DNA of 64,000 nt from Candidatus Bipolaricaulota bacterium (GCA_035528115.1 DATKZF010000002.1:69751-133750); one strand, 5' to 3'; numbered from the stretch's first letter, positions 9,119 to 19,265 are shown. Numbers and translations are program-made. Notes: generated by a model from the sequence alone, not told the origin.

Positions 9119-9667
9119 ATGAGAAGGTACTATAAATTCGGCAGAAAGCCGCAAAAGCAAAGAGTCAAATACCCGATCAACGAGGCCATCAAGGCTCTCG
9201 AGGTGAATGTCATTGACGAAACGGGCAAACCGCTCGGCATCATGCCGACCGCAAAGGCCATTTCCGATGCCGCGGAACGGGGATTTGATCTGATCGCGGT
9301 GTCGCCCAAAGCCGTTCCGCCGGTGGTCAAATTCGCGGATTACGGCAAACTGCAATACCAACAAGAAAAATTGTTAAAAAAACAAAAGACTCTACAAAAA
9401 AAAGCTGACCTCAAGGGCATACGGCTATCGGCCAAAATCAGCGACCATGACGCGGAATTGAAAAGAAATCAGGCCAACAAATTTCTGGAAAAAGGCCACA
9501 AAGTGAAAATAGAAGTGATTGTTCGAGGCAGAGAACACAATCATCTGCCAATGATCAAAGAAATGATTTATAAATTTATCAATAATTTATCCGTTGAACA
9601 CATAATCGAACAAGATTTGGCGAAACAGGGCAGCAAATTATCAGCCGTTGTGGCTCCAAAATCTTAA
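9119..9667 (+). CDS. infC: translation initiation factor IF-3
   Basis: INEAI...DYGK...KIRLS-like, GHKVKI..RGRE; the start could instead be the in-frame ATT at 9098. Confidence 0.95.
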   Translation: MRRYYKFGRKPQKQRVKYPINEAIKALEVNVIDETGKPLGIMPTAKAISDAAERGFDLIAVSPKAVPPVVKFADYGKLQYQQEKLLKKQKTLQKKADLKGIRLSAKISDHDAELKRNQANKFLEKGHKVKIEVIVRGREHNHLPMIKEMIYKFINNLSVEHIIEQDLAKQGSKLSAVVAPKS

Positions 9668-9673
9668 AATTAT

Positions 9674-9874
9674 ATGGCAAAAATGAAAACAATTAAAGCG
9701 GTCAGTAAAAGAATCAAAGTGACTAAAAATGACAAGTTGATCATCCGCAAAGGAGGACAAGATCATTTTAATTCCAGAGAAAGCGGCAAGACCGGCAGAA
9801 ACAAGAAACGAGACATCCAGATGTCCGGCGTCAACAAAAAAAATGTCAAGAATTTTATTCCGTACAATAAATAA
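9674..9874 (+). CDS. rpmI: 50S ribosomal protein L35
   Basis: KMKT.KAVSKR; infC-rpmI-rplT order. Confidence 0.93.
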   Translation: MAKMKTIKAVSKRIKVTKNDKLIIRKGGQDHFNSRESGKTGRNKKRDIQMSGVNKKNVKNFIPYNK

Positions 9875-9904
9875 ACTTAATCACTAATCATCATTTAAGA
9901 TCAT

Positions 9905-10249
9905 ATGCCTAGAGTAAAACGCGGGAAATCGCATTTAAAGAAAAGAAAAAGTCTGCTTTCCAAGACCAAGGGTTTTAGACATGGGAAAAAGAAATTAATC
10001 AAGCAAGCAAAGACTGTCGTACTCAAGGCCGGCAAATCAGCGTTCAAGGACAGACGAGCAAAAAAAAGAACGGCCAGAGCGCTCTGGCAAATCAAATTAA
10101 ACGCGGCCGCCAGAGAACACGGGCTCAGCTACAGCCAATTCATCAAAAAATTAAAGGACAAAAAAGTTGAGCTCGACAGAAAAGTCTTGGCCGACCTGGC
10201 TGAGAATCATCCGAAAATATTCGAAAAGATCATCAAAGAAATTTCATAA
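9905..10249 (+). CDS. rplT: 50S ribosomal protein L20
   Basis: MPRVKRG, LDRKVLADLA. Confidence 0.97.
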   Translation: MPRVKRGKSHLKKRKSLLSKTKGFRHGKKKLIKQAKTVVLKAGKSAFKDRRAKKRTARALWQIKLNAAAREHGLSYSQFIKKLKDKKVELDRKVLADLAENHPKIFEKIIKEIS

Positions 10250-10269
10250 AACCATAAAAAAATCAGCTG

Positions 10270-11031
10270 CTAAGCTGATTTTTTTATTATCGTTTGATAT
10301 TCTTCGTATAATTTCTTGAATTCCTCTGAAATCTCCAACAAATTTTTTATCGCTTCCCTTTCTTCGGCCGAAGGCTTCGAAAGATCAATGTAAAAATCTT
10401 TGGCAATCTTCTTTTCCAAAATCTTCTTGCGCTTTTCCGGCCGCGCCGCTTTGTCAATGAGCGGAGCAGTACGCTCATCTCCCGACGGCCGATGCCTGTT
10501 TTTTATTTGGCATGACGCGGGCAAAAGTTTAAAATAACCCGGCAGCAATTTTTTTACAAAAAAAGGATTGGACGGCCGCTTGTCTTTGGTCAAAGATTGC
10601 GCCAAGGCGAAATATTTTTCCAAATAAGGGAAATGTCCGAGTTGGACGACCAAACGGCTCAAAACATGTTTTTTGATTCCTCTTATGCATTCCGCCAAAT
10701 TATTTATTCTCTCTTTTTCTGTTTCAGCTCCAATGGCGTCCATCATCTCATTTAATGCCGCTTCTTCCTCGGGCGTCATATTTTTCAAAAAATCTTGAGC
10801 GTAAACATCCATTTCTTTTATTTTGCCCAAAGCTTTTTCTTTTTCACCCCTTTCCTTCTCCATTCTTAAACATTTCAAGCGAGCGGCTGATTGTGAGAAT
10901 AAACGCGACTCCCCTTTTTCCATCTCTACGGTCTCTTCTTTTTCACCGGCTTTGCCGGTCCTGATTTTTTCCAAAATCTCATTGACCAAACTCTCATCGT
11001 CATTAAGTTGTTTTTTGTTTTTGTTCCGCAT
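10270..11031 (-). CDS. hypothetical charged helical protein
   Basis: Long ORF; likely start MRNKNKK at 11031. Confidence 0.65.
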   Translation of the reverse strand: MRNKNKKQLNDDESLVNEILEKIRTGKAGEKEETVEMEKGESRLFSQSAARLKCLRMEKERGEKEKALGKIKEMDVYAQDFLKNMTPEEEAALNEMMDAIGAETEKERINNLAECIRGIKKHVLSRLVVQLGHFPYLEKYFALAQSLTKDKRPSNPFFVKKLLPGYFKLLPASCQIKNRHRPSGDERTAPLIDKAARPEKRKKILEKKIAKDFYIDLSKPSAEEREAIKNLLEISEEFKKLYEEYQTIIKKSA

Positions 11032-11188
11032 AAATATTGATTGGGAAAACCGATGCTTCCTTAAAACATTATAGCCGATTTTGGCAAAAGCATAAAGCCG
11101 AATGTGTTTTTTTTCACTAAAACGGACTTGACCGATTAAAGAAGTTTGGCTATAATGATAACGTCTTTGACGCAAAATTCAGGCTGTT

Positions 11189-11265
11189 GGATCGGTGGTG
11201 TAGCTGGTTAACACGCCGCCCTGTCACGGCGGAGATCGCGGGTTCGAGTCCCGTCCGATCCGCCA
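11189..11265 (+). tRNA. tRNA-Asp(GTC)
   Basis: GGATCGG/CCGATCC acceptor stem, CCGCC-CTGTCAC-GGCGG anticodon arm, GGTTCGAGTCC T arm, encoded CCA. Confidence 0.97.
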
Positions 11266-11292
11266 GCCTGAATCTTGCGTTTTAAGCAAATG

Positions 11293-11322
11293 AAAAACCA
11301 TCGCCCAAGCGATGATTTTTTT
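11293..11322 (+). terminator. intrinsic terminator after tRNA-Asp
   Basis: CATCGC-CCAA-GCGATG followed by a T-run. Confidence 0.65.
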
Positions 11323-11326
11323 ATGT

Positions 11327-11366
11327 CCGCAAATTTGGGTTCAATCGATTGAACCCAAATTTGCGG
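11327..11366. repeat. perfect 40-bp palindrome (REP-like)
   Basis: CCGCAAATTTGGGTTCAATC|GATTGAACCCAAATTTGCGG. Confidence 0.9.
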
Positions 11367-11394
11367 CAACGAAACTTCATGGAAGCATCGCCGC

Positions 11395-11598
11395 CTACTG
11401 CCTTCTTCCTTTCCTTTGACAGTAATAAAAGGTCAAGCCGCCGGCCATCGCGGAAACCGCCCAAATGCCGAGACAAATGGCGGCAAACCGCTGACTAGGC
11501 AACGCTGACGCGTCAGCGATTCCCTTGATCAAGATGCCCCAGATCAAGAGAAACATGACCGTCAAGCCGACAAGCCACCCACGAACCGCGCCTTTCAT
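11395..11598 (-). CDS. small 2-TM protein
   Basis: GGAGG SD before MKGAVRGW; own TTGACT...GATATAAT promoter. Confidence 0.7.
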   Translation of the reverse strand: MKGAVRGWLVGLTVMFLLIWGILIKGIADASALPSQRFAAICLGIWAVSAMAGGLTFYYCQRKGRRQ

Positions 11599-11760
11599 GA
11601 CTCCTCCAGGGTTTTGTCCACGATTCTGTATTATATCATGTTTTATCAAAAAAGTCAATACCACAAACAAAAAAATCCCCTTCGTGAGGATTTTGCATAA
11701 TTTGACAATCACCCTGAAAACAAATAAGCTTTTCGAGAACCGCCAAACAGGAGGACGACC

Positions 11761-12033
11761 GTGAAACCAAACTCCAACAATGGAAATGGCTCGCCGCGCG
11801 ATCCACAAGCCTGTTTTTCACAGCGCATTTTCGGAAAACGCAATGCTTGGGCCATTGTTGACCCAAGGGCACGCGATGTGTATTTGATAAACGTGGGAAA
11901 ACGATCCGCCGCGGAAGCTCGCTGGTCTTCGACTCGCCAGCTACTCGAGAAAAAAGCGCCGGATTTCCCCGAATGGGCTAAAAGCAAAACCATCCGGTTG
12001 TTCAAGGACTATGGCTTTCACAAACCGCGATGA
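11761..12033 (+). CDS. small hypothetical protein
   Basis: AGGAGG SD, GTG start, 90 aa. Confidence 0.6.
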   Translation: MKPNSNNGNGSPRDPQACFSQRIFGKRNAWAIVDPRARDVYLINVGKRSAAEARWSSTRQLLEKKAPDFPEWAKSKTIRLFKDYGFHKPR

Positions 12034-12057
12034 TCGGAAATTAATCAATTTCCGATT

Positions 12058-12924
12058 TTAAAATTCTTTTTTGATCCGCTCTATTTGTTTATCAATTTTT
12101 TTCTTAATTTCCGTTCTTTGCCCTTTTCGAAGGGACATAAAAATAATGAAAAACACTGAGATCAACGCGACCAAAACGCTGAAAAGCTGAGCCCAACGAA
12201 CGCCGAAAACAATCGGGCTATAGTCGACTCTCAAAAACTCCATATTGAATCTGATGATCGAATAGCCCAGAAGATATGAAAAGAAAATTACGCCATTTTT
12301 TATCGAGATATTTTTTTTAAATCTCAGCCATACCAAAAGCAACAACGCTCCGAGCAAAACGATGTTAAGCAATGACTCATACAAAAACGCGGGATGGAAA
12401 TATTTATCGGCCAAATATTCGACCGGCCGAAAGGCGGACAAAATCGGAATGCCCCAAGGCAAATCGGTTGGCTGGCCGAAAAGCTCCTGATTGAAATAAT
12501 TGCCCCAGCGTCCGATAATCTGCGCGCACACCAAGCCGATGGCTGATAAATCGAAAAGGTCTTTCCAATTAACTTTTTTCATTCTGGCAAAAAAATAAGT
12601 CGCTAAAAAAGCTCCGATCATGACGCCATGCACCGCGAGTCCTCCTTGCCATATTTTCAAAACATCAAGAGGTCTGTCTTTATAAAATTCAAAAGCGTAA
12701 AGCACGTAATAAATTCTGCCTCCGACAAGACCGGCGATGGCCCACCAGAAAACAAGATCAAACAGCCAATCTTTTTTTATTTTAAAATATTTCGCCAATG
12801 CTCTGGCCAAAAACAATCCGGCCAAGCCTCCGAGAACCATGAGCAAGCCGTACCAATGGACGTCCAGCGGTCCAATGGAAAAAGCGATCGGCTTGGGAGA
12901 AAATGTGTGCAAAAAAATATTCAT
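12058..12924 (-). CDS. lgt: prolipoprotein diacylglyceryl transferase
   Basis: HWYG, GGRIYYV, GRWGNYFNQELFG, HPAFLYES. Confidence 0.97.
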   Translation of the reverse strand: MNIFLHTFSPKPIAFSIGPLDVHWYGLLMVLGGLAGLFLARALAKYFKIKKDWLFDLVFWWAIAGLVGGRIYYVLYAFEFYKDRPLDVLKIWQGGLAVHGVMIGAFLATYFFARMKKVNWKDLFDLSAIGLVCAQIIGRWGNYFNQELFGQPTDLPWGIPILSAFRPVEYLADKYFHPAFLYESLLNIVLLGALLLLVWLRFKKNISIKNGVIFFSYLLGYSIIRFNMEFLRVDYSPIVFGVRWAQLFSVLVALISVFFIIFMSLRKGQRTEIKKKIDKQIERIKKEF

Positions 12925-13009
12925 AAAAAATGGATTAATTCAATTGATTGCATTATAGCACAACAAAATATTTTTTTTAATTTAAAAAGCCTTTGGCGTG
13001 GCCAAAGGT

Positions 13010-13231
13010 CTATGGGCGGCAGTCGCGAAGGCTCGCCTGCAGGATCGCGAACGGCGATTGCATCAGCGGCGGTGGATCCGCCTGCGAGCGCGGGCGCGCG
13101 GCGCTTGTTCGAGCCGGTTGCCAGTCCGGATCAGGGACCTCATCGTAGCGAGGCCCGCGACCGAACTCGAAATCCTCAGGGATCGTCCGGAGCCGCTTGT
13201 TCGTCAGATCCTCTCGATAGTCTCTCGGCAT
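13010..13231 (-). CDS. small high-GC hypothetical protein (73 aa)
   Basis: AAGGAGG SD before MPRDYREDL; TTGACA promoter near 13303; TAG stop. Confidence 0.55.
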   Translation of the reverse strand: MPRDYREDLTNKRLRTIPEDFEFGRGPRYDEVPDPDWQPARTSAARPRSQADPPPLMQSPFAILQASLRDCRP

Positions 13232-13471
13232 GGATTCCCTCCTTGGGTTGCCGGGTTGCGGGAAACAATAACAATAAAATATCAAATGGGAAGAGGCCTG
13301 TCAAGAGACAAAAAGAAAACCCCGCTTAATCGCGGGGTCTTCTCTCTTTAGGCTTTTGCCGTTGCAATACGCAACATTTATTGTAATAACAAAGGAATCA
13401 CTTCCCTTGTTTATTATAATTTACTAAAAATTGTTTTTGCCGTCAAGATCTTCAATTATCAATGTGGATAA

Positions 13472-13789
13472 CTACTTCATTTTCAGCTCTTTTTGAACAT
13501 CTCGCCAGCGAGCCTTCAATTCTTTGTTGATTTCATCCAAAGTCTTGTTGGCGGTTTTCTTTTTCTTTTTGTATTCCGCGACCACGCCATCAACGATTTT
13601 CTCATACTTGTCTTTGGTCATGCTTTTCGCTTTTTCCACTTCGCCGATGATTTTACCGCTCATTTCTTTGGCCAAATTTTTAATGTCGGCTCTCGTTTGC
13701 TTGCCTGACTTGGGAGCCAGCAAAATAGCCGCGGCCGCGCCGATCACCGCGCCGATGGCGGCTCCGGCCAAAAATGTTTTCTTTTTCAT
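13472..13789 (-). CDS. YtxH-like protein
   Basis: GAAAAILLAPKSGKQTR. Confidence 0.9.
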   Translation of the reverse strand: MKKKTFLAGAAIGAVIGAAAAILLAPKSGKQTRADIKNLAKEMSGKIIGEVEKAKSMTKDKYEKIVDGVVAEYKKKKKTANKTLDEINKELKARWRDVQKELKMK

Positions 13790-13899
13790 ATTTGTTTGCT
13801 CTTTAAATCACTCCCCGGCAACGGCCGTAAACGGCCTCGCCGATGAATGAATTTTTTATTTATTCTTTATGTCTTAATTATATCACATTTTTTAATTCA

Positions 13900-14991
13900 T
13901 CATAACCAATGACTCAACAATTCGGAAAATGCCCGCTTGATTCTGGCGAAAAAACCTCTATTCTTCCAACGATACTTGGCGAACGGCTCGGAAAACTCCT
14001 GCCAGCCGTTCAATATTTTTTCGACATCGCCGACCATCTTCTTATCGCTGATGTACGCATTGGCTTCTCGGTTGCGATAAAAACTGCCCTGGTCGATATT
14101 GCTCGAGCCTACCATGGCTTCGCGGCCGTCAACCACGAAAGCTTTGCCATGCATCATTTTCGAAGTGAAATGAAGTTTGACGCCGATCTTGTCCATTAAT
14201 TCATAATATTTAATCGCCGTCCAATTAACGATTCGCAAATCAGTTCGAAACGGCAAAATCAAATCTATTTTCACTCCCCTCTTTCTGGCTCGAGAGATCG
14301 CTTTGATCAATTTTCTGTCAGGCAAATAATAAGGCACGGCCAATTTCAAATATTTTTTGGCGTGGTTGATCGAACGCAGAAAATTCGCTCGAATGCGGGA
14401 ACGTTTGGCATTGGGCACCTGAAAAAGAAATTTTATTTTTTTGCTTTTCTCTATTTTCGGATGGAGCAATTTTAAAACGTTCTTTTTATCTCCGCCGGCC
14501 TTGATATATGACTTGGCGAAAGCTCTGGTCAAAGACCTGGCCAATTTCCCCACCACCATCAATTGCAAATCCAGCCAATCGGCCATGAAATTCTGCACAT
14601 TAACGCCGCCGAGAAAGCCCTCATTGCTATCGACCACCAAAATCTTTCTATGCGTCCTCTCCCAAAAGGCTCGCCAAAATCGGATAAATTTACCCAACGT
14701 TACTTGATTGTAAATAACCAAATCAACGCCGGCATTTTTCAGCCGGGAGATCGATGAGTTTGAAAAACCGTAACTGCCTATGCCATCAATTAACAATTTC
14801 ACCTCCACTCCTTCTTTCGCCTTTTTTTCCAGCAAATCGACAAATTCAATCCCGACTTCATCGTCAATGAAAGTATACGTTTCCCAATAAATACTGGTCT
14901 TCGCCTTGTCCATCGCCTCTCGCATCGCTTGCCAAGCGTCTTTGGAAACGGAAAAAAACTGATATTGAATTTGCTCTTTAAGATGATTCAT
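13900..14991 (-). CDS. phospholipase D / cardiolipin synthase family protein
   Basis: Two HKD motifs: HRKILVVD and HGKAFVVD. Confidence 0.92.
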   Translation of the reverse strand: MNHLKEQIQYQFFSVSKDAWQAMREAMDKAKTSIYWETYTFIDDEVGIEFVDLLEKKAKEGVEVKLLIDGIGSYGFSNSSISRLKNAGVDLVIYNQVTLGKFIRFWRAFWERTHRKILVVDSNEGFLGGVNVQNFMADWLDLQLMVVGKLARSLTRAFAKSYIKAGGDKKNVLKLLHPKIEKSKKIKFLFQVPNAKRSRIRANFLRSINHAKKYLKLAVPYYLPDRKLIKAISRARKRGVKIDLILPFRTDLRIVNWTAIKYYELMDKIGVKLHFTSKMMHGKAFVVDGREAMVGSSNIDQGSFYRNREANAYISDKKMVGDVEKILNGWQEFSEPFAKYRWKNRGFFARIKRAFSELLSHWL

Positions 14992-15096
14992 ATGCAATAT
15001 TTTAACACAAATGGCCGAAAATTAAAGAGCGCGGCCAAAACGGACATTTATCCACTTAACAACCACCCTTCGTTTTGATAACCTTTGTATGACCAT

Positions 15097-16614
15097 ATGA
15101 CCAAAAATTTCATTTCAATCGAAGATTTTAAGCTGGACGAGATTGAGGAGATTCTCGGCGAAGCGGAACAATTGATTCCATTCGCCAAAGCGAAAATCAC
15201 TCCGCCGAAAGAGCATCCTTTGCACCTTGACTTTGGCAACCATTTAGCCAAAGTTTTAATTTTCATGCTCGAACCGTCCAGCCGCACCGCCGGTTCCAAC
15301 GACGAAGCGGCCAGGCTCTGGGGATTTGCCAGAGACAAAATCAGCGGACTGGAAGCGACTTCGCTGATGAAAAAAGAAAGTTTGGCCGACGCCATCAGGA
15401 CTCACGCCGGCACCCAATTGGCCGACATTTTGGTTTTGAGAACGAAATACGAAGGCAGCGCCAGATTCGCCAGTGAAATTTTGGAAAAAACCGATTTTCA
15501 AGTGGCCGTGCACAATGCCGGCGACGGCGCCAATCGGCATCCGACCCAATCGCTGCTCAATCTGCTGACCATTAAACAAAAAATAGGAAGAATTCACGAT
15601 TTCACCATCGGATTTTTCGGGGATTTGAAATATTCGCGAACTCTCAATTCCGATCTGGACACGCTCAGGATGTTAAACGAGCGATACGGAAACATTAAAA
15701 TCATCACCGTCTCGTCCGCGGAAAACAGAATACCAAGCTACCGAAAAGCCGGATTAAACATCGAAGAATATGATCACTTGGACGCCCTAAAAAAATGCAA
15801 TATCATCAGCGGCACCAGGATACAAGAAGAGCGATACACCGATGAATTGGAAAAATCCAGAGTTCTCGGCAAATATATTTTGGACAAAGCGGTTTTGGAT
15901 CAAATGGCCGCGGATGTTGTGATTATGCATCCCGGACCGCGAGGGCCGGAAATAGCGCCGGACATTTCCATTGATCGCAGAAACGTCATGTGGTTTCAGA
16001 TGTTCATGGGCGTGGTTTTGCGCATGACCATTTTGCGCCGCAGCTTTTTGGCGCGCCACGAGCCGAATCTGGGATTTCAGAACACTTGCGGCAGACTGGA
16101 AGTACTCGACGAAGAACCGGCCGAACAAAGATTGAGAAAAAGAGAGGAACAAGGCAAACAAGACAAATATTTCAGACCGATATACAAAAGAGGCATGATC
16201 TTGGATCACATTGAACCGGGCAAAGGCGGCTTTATCAAAGAACTGATTAAAAAACACGCCGGTCTCAACGGCACGGGCGCCATTCATTTGATCGAAGGCA
16301 TTGAAAACAGAAAGGACGTCATCGTCATCGAGGGCAATTTCATCCCCGACTGGTTTTTCAGCCCGGCGACTTTCGTCAGTCCGACAACGACCTTCAACAT
16401 AATCAGAGACGGCCTATTCAAAAAAGTCAAAATAAAAACCGCGAACACCACCATGCCCAAAGCGTTCAAATGCCCCAATTCGGTGTGCATCACCAACGCG
16501 GACAAAGAAGCTCAATCCAGATTCACGGTCGGAGAAAATGAAATAACCTGCGTGTGTTCTTATTGCAATCGCGAATTCACTCAAGAAGAGATTATCGCGG
16601 CCACCTCGAAATAA
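15097..16614 (+). CDS. pyrBI: fused aspartate carbamoyltransferase catalytic and regulatory subunits
   Basis: EPSSRT, NAGDG..HPTQ, GDLKYSRT, RIQEER, MHPGPR; C-terminal ILDHI and CPN..C...C.YC zinc site of PyrI. Confidence 0.88.
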   Translation: MTKNFISIEDFKLDEIEEILGEAEQLIPFAKAKITPPKEHPLHLDFGNHLAKVLIFMLEPSSRTAGSNDEAARLWGFARDKISGLEATSLMKKESLADAIRTHAGTQLADILVLRTKYEGSARFASEILEKTDFQVAVHNAGDGANRHPTQSLLNLLTIKQKIGRIHDFTIGFFGDLKYSRTLNSDLDTLRMLNERYGNIKIITVSSAENRIPSYRKAGLNIEEYDHLDALKKCNIISGTRIQEERYTDELEKSRVLGKYILDKAVLDQMAADVVIMHPGPRGPEIAPDISIDRRNVMWFQMFMGVVLRMTILRRSFLARHEPNLGFQNTCGRLEVLDEEPAEQRLRKREEQGKQDKYFRPIYKRGMILDHIEPGKGGFIKELIKKHAGLNGTGAIHLIEGIENRKDVIVIEGNFIPDWFFSPATFVSPTTTFNIIRDGLFKKVKIKTANTTMPKAFKCPNSVCITNADKEAQSRFTVGENEITCVCSYCNREFTQEEIIAATSK

Positions 16615-16681
16615 TGAATTGCGAGGCTTGCGTATTTTTTTGTTTGTTGATATAATGGAATTCGTAACTATTCATAAAACC

Positions 16682-16806
16682 AATAACAAGGCTGGCCATG
16701 CGGCCGTAAATATTCGTCATCCATAAAATTATATTTGTAACCATTTGTAATATAATTAATAACGCCAATAACCAAGGCTGGCCATGCGGCCGTAAATATT
16801 CGTAAT
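16682..16806 (+). repeat. two-copy direct repeat (period about 86) upstream of rpmE
   Basis: AAGGCTGGCCATGCGGCCGTAAATATTCGT at 16688 and 16774. Confidence 0.9.
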
Positions 16807-16808
16807 GT

Positions 16809-17081
16809 ATGAAGAAAGACATTCATCCGACATATTATAAAGACGCCAAAGTTACATGCGCTTGCGGTAACAGTTTTGTGACGGGCTCAAGCGAAAAAGA
16901 AATCAAAACCGAGCTTTGCTCCATGTGCCATCCGTTTTTTACGGGCAAACAAAAAATCATGGATACGGCGCGGCGAGTGGAAAAATTCAAAGACCGCCTG
17001 GCCAAAAAGACCACAACTGGCTCGAAAAAGAAAACCGTAAAAAGGAAAGTCAAAGATCAGAAGAAAAAAACCAAAAAGTAG
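16809..17081 (+). CDS. rpmE: 50S ribosomal protein L31 (Zn-binding type)
   Basis: [24 protein letters not shown]. Confidence 0.97.
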   Translation: MKKDIHPTYYKDAKVTCACGNSFVTGSSEKEIKTELCSMCHPFFTGKQKIMDTARRVEKFKDRLAKKTTTGSKKKTVKRKVKDQKKKTKK

Positions 17082-17150
17082 CATATCAAAATCTCCTTCC
17101 GATTTTTTGTTTCGCGCAAAATTGAAAGGAGATTTTTGTTTAGATTACAT

Positions 17151-17276
17151 AAAACGGAGAGCGGAGAGACGAGCTCTCCGCTGGATTTGGAGGTGGCGGC
17201 CGGCGCCGCCGCGACAGCATCCAACCATTCCCAGCGGAAAGATTGCCTGCCCTGCCTGCCGGCAGGCCTTTCCGCG
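17151..17276. repeat. intergenic element, copy 1 (copy 2 at about 62175-62295)
   Basis: Shared ends GCGGAGAGRCGAGCTCTCCGCTGG ... CGGAAAG.TTGCC..TTTCCGC. Confidence 0.75.
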
Positions 17277-17313
17277 CTTAGCGAAATAAAGACGCATTTG
17301 ATATAATAAATAT

Positions 17314-18384
17314 ATGAAAGACCAAATTGATAAAATCAAAAAACAATTTCAAAAGCTGGAGCAAGATTTGCAGAATCCGGCCGTGATTAATGATCCTCAA
17401 AAAATAAAAAACGCGGCCAGTGAGCGCGCCAAGCTGACCGAAATCATCGAGGTTATCAGCGGCTACGAAAAGTCGCAAAAAAACTTGGCGCAGGCCAAAG
17501 AAACATTGGATGACAAAAATTCGGACGAAGAGCTGAAAGAACTGGCGAGAGCCGACATTGAAGACTTGGAAAATAAAATCGCGATCATGGCCGAACAAAT
17601 CAAGATTCATCTTCTGCCCAAAGATCCGAGAGACGAAAAAGACGTTATCGTGGAAATCCGAGCCGGCGCGGGCGGCGACGAGTCCGCGCTGTTCGCGGCC
17701 GATCTTTTCAGAATGTATTCGAAATACGCCGAAAGCAAAAACTGGAAAACATCGCTCCTTAGCGCCAACAGAATCGGCATCGGCGGTTTCAAAGAAGTGA
17801 TTTTCGAAATCAAAGGAAAAAGCGTTTTCGCCGACATGAAATACGAAATGGGCGTTCATCGCGTCCAAAGAGTGCCGGAGACTGAAAAACAAGGCCGAGT
17901 GCACACCTCCACGGCCACGGTGGCCGTACTGCCGCAAGCCGAAGAAGTCGATATTAAAATAGATCAAAAAGATCTGAGAATAGACACTTTTTGCGCCGGC
18001 GGACATGGCGGCCAGAGCGTCAACACCACTTACTCGGCTGTCAGGATCACTCACCTGCCCACCAATACCGTGGTCTCCTGCCAAGATGAACGTTCGCAAT
18101 CTCAAAACAAAGAAAAAGCCATGAGAGTCTTAAGATCAAGACTGCTTGAACTGGGAGAAGAAAAACACCACAAGGAAATTTCTCAAAATCGAAAAATGCA
18201 AGTCGGCTCGGGAGACAGATCCGAGAAAATCAGGACCTACAATTTTTCTCAAGACCGCATCACCGATCATCGCGTCAAACAAAACTGGTCGAACATTCAA
18301 ACCATTTTGGATGGAAATATCGGGCAAATAATTAAAACTCTCAAAGAAGAAGATGTTAAATTAAGGCTGGAAAAACAAAAATAA
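17314..18384 (+). CDS. prfA: peptide chain release factor 1
   Basis: PET motif (VPETE), [12 protein letters not shown]. Confidence 0.97.
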   Translation: MKDQIDKIKKQFQKLEQDLQNPAVINDPQKIKNAASERAKLTEIIEVISGYEKSQKNLAQAKETLDDKNSDEELKELARADIEDLENKIAIMAEQIKIHLLPKDPRDEKDVIVEIRAGAGGDESALFAADLFRMYSKYAESKNWKTSLLSANRIGIGGFKEVIFEIKGKSVFADMKYEMGVHRVQRVPETEKQGRVHTSTATVAVLPQAEEVDIKIDQKDLRIDTFCAGGHGGQSVNTTYSAVRITHLPTNTVVSCQDERSQSQNKEKAMRVLRSRLLELGEEKHHKEISQNRKMQVGSGDRSEKIRTYNFSQDRITDHRVKQNWSNIQTILDGNIGQIIKTLKEEDVKLRLEKQK

Positions 18385-18422
18385 ATCATGGGAATTGGAA
18401 AGCGGGAAATGAAAATTGAGGT

Positions 18423-19265
18423 ATGGACATCAAACAAGCGCTGGTAGTCGCCGCGCAAAAACTGAAAACGAAAAAAGTCATCAGCTCAGGACTTGACGCT
18501 GAAATTTTGCTGGCCTTTGTTTTAAAAAAAGATAAAGCATTTTTATATACTTATCCGGAGAAAAAATTGACCGCTTGGCAACTGAAAAAATTCAATCAAT
18601 TGATTTTGAAACGATCAAATCACCGGCCACTCGCCTATCTTGTCGGCCAAAAAGAATTTTACAAATTGAATTTCAAAGTAAATAACCAAGTGTTGATTCC
18701 TCGGCCGGAAACGGAACTTTTGGTTGACGAAGTTCTAAAACTCAATAAAAATCTGGTCGTCGCGGACATCGGAACCGGCTCCGGCTGCATTGCGGTCTCT
18801 TTGGCCAAAAACGGATTCAAACAAGTCTTGGCGACCGACTCTTCGAAGAAAGCCCTAAAAACCGCCAAGGAAAACGCCAAAAGCAACCAAACGGCGTCAA
18901 GGATCAAATTTTTCCCGGGCGACCTTTCCAAGCCTGTCGCCGATGGAAAACCCGAGATCATTTGCGCCAATCTGCCTTATTTATCAAATGAGATTTACAA
19001 ACAAAGCGTCAAGTCGTTCCCGGAAATAAAAAAAGAGCCGAGAACGGCGCTGATTGCCGCCGAAAAAGGTCTGTATTTTTATAAAAAACTGCTATCGCAA
19101 ATCGCGATTGCCAAACATCAACCTCAATACCTGTTTTTCGAAATTGATTCCGGCCAAAGCAGGGCGATCAAAAAAATTATTCGGTCTTTTTTAGAAACGA
19201 AATCAATCTTAATTAAAAAGGATTTATGCGGCCTCGATAGATTGGTTATAGTGAAACTCAAATAA
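18423..19265 (+). CDS. prmC: release factor glutamine methyltransferase
   Basis: VLIPRPETE, DIGTGSG, NLPY. Confidence 0.95.
   Translation: MDIKQALVVAAQKLKTKKVISSGLDAEILLAFVLKKDKAFLYTYPEKKLTAWQLKKFNQLILKRSNHRPLAYLVGQKEFYKLNFKVNNQVLIPRPETELLVDEVLKLNKNLVVADIGTGSGCIAVSLAKNGFKQVLATDSSKKALKTAKENAKSNQTASRIKFFPGDLSKPVADGKPEIICANLPYLSNEIYKQSVKSFPEIKKEPRTALIAAEKGLYFYKKLLSQIAIAKHQPQYLFFEIDSGQSRAIKKIIRSFLETKSILIKKDLCGLDRLVIVKLK

Noticed and set aside
12628-13351. Plus-strand ORFs of 233 and 117 aa
   Set aside because: They overlap lgt or lack signals; the minus-strand 73-aa ORF has an SD and promoter.
17278-18105. 275-aa ORF antisense to prfA
   Set aside because: Shadow frame of a conserved gene.
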